A DNA stretch of 64,000 nt from Eledone cirrhosa (lineage: Eukaryota), in assembly GCA_964016885.1 (NCBI GenBank), contig OZ024742.1:301320001-301384000 (forward strand), read 5' to 3'. Under the pieces are notes generated by a model. That model made no database searches. It was not told where the DNA came from and saw nothing but the letters and a program-made list of their open reading frames with translations. The position numbers and the translations under genes were made by a program. Below are positions 63,442 to 64,000 of the stretch, piece by piece; the first letter of the stretch is position 1, and every line of letters starts with the position of its first letter.

Positions 63442-63711
63442 GTAAGATTTATTCATTTTTATTTATTGTTGTTATTTATTTATTATAAGGGTGGTGAGAG
63501 GGGTGGATTGACAGAATTGTTGTAGCGTCGAACAAAAGGATTTGCAAGTATTTATTTATGGTCTTTTATGTTCTGAGTTCAAACCCTGCCAATATCAACT
63601 TTGCCTTTCATCCTAGATAAAATAAAGTACCAACCACGTACTGGGTCAATGTAATAAAATGTCATCCTAGATAAAATAAAGTACCAATCACGTACTGGGT
63701 CAATGTAATAA

Positions 63712-64000
63712 AATGTTCCTATCACTGAGGAGTTTAAAACTGGCACTCCATAGGAGCTCCTATATGCTGATGACCTAGTCCTCATAGCTGAATCCATAGA
63801 AGAGTTAGAAGCAAAATTTTAAGCATCGAAGAATTTAGAGTTAAAAAGCCTAAAAGTAAATTTAGCAAACACAAAAGTCCTAATAAGTTGTAAAGATGAC
63901 AGGAAGATTATAACATCAAGGAAATGGCCTTGTTCAATATGTAAGAAAGGTGTGGGCAGAAATTCCATAAGGTACACTCAATGTAAACTATGGTCGCACA
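63712..64000 (+). mobile_element. Decayed RTE RT fragment (runs off window), preceded by a partial family A SINE at ~63500-63710
   Basis: ITEEFKTGTP*ELLYADDLVLIAESIEELEAKF*...KVNLANTKVL...GKWPCSICKKGVGRNSI. Confidence 0.85.

Overview
Eukaryotic, AT-rich animal genomic DNA. The SINE, RTE and piggyBac-MITE families point to an octopod cephalopod (inference). One host gene is recognisable on the + strand: EFCAB7, with 7 coding exons from 9832 to 63441, canonical phase-consistent GT-AG junctions, and a 3' part beyond the window. Intron 3 (12.6 kb) holds a pile of RTE LINEs, one with an intact 1080-aa APE-RT ORF carrying a PHD-like finger. Intron 4 (33 kb) is almost entirely a ~30.5-kb array of an 18-bp satellite with higher-order structure. 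The rest is CR1, Penelope-like elements (PLEs), tRNA-derived SINEs, MITEs and microsatellites. The most interesting observations are three. (1) A decayed Naiad-clade PLE (4765-6300) has two in-frame TGA codons exactly at conserved Cys positions, so it may descend from a selenocysteine-coding retroelement; it also has a well-formed type I hammerhead ribozyme at its 3' end. (2) Further hammerhead motifs occur, including an inverted pair forming a ~1.2-kb fold-back in EFCAB7 intron 4. (3) A small element with terminal direct repeats carries an unexplained structured-RNA motif. All family assignments come from motif recognition by eye, not database searches.
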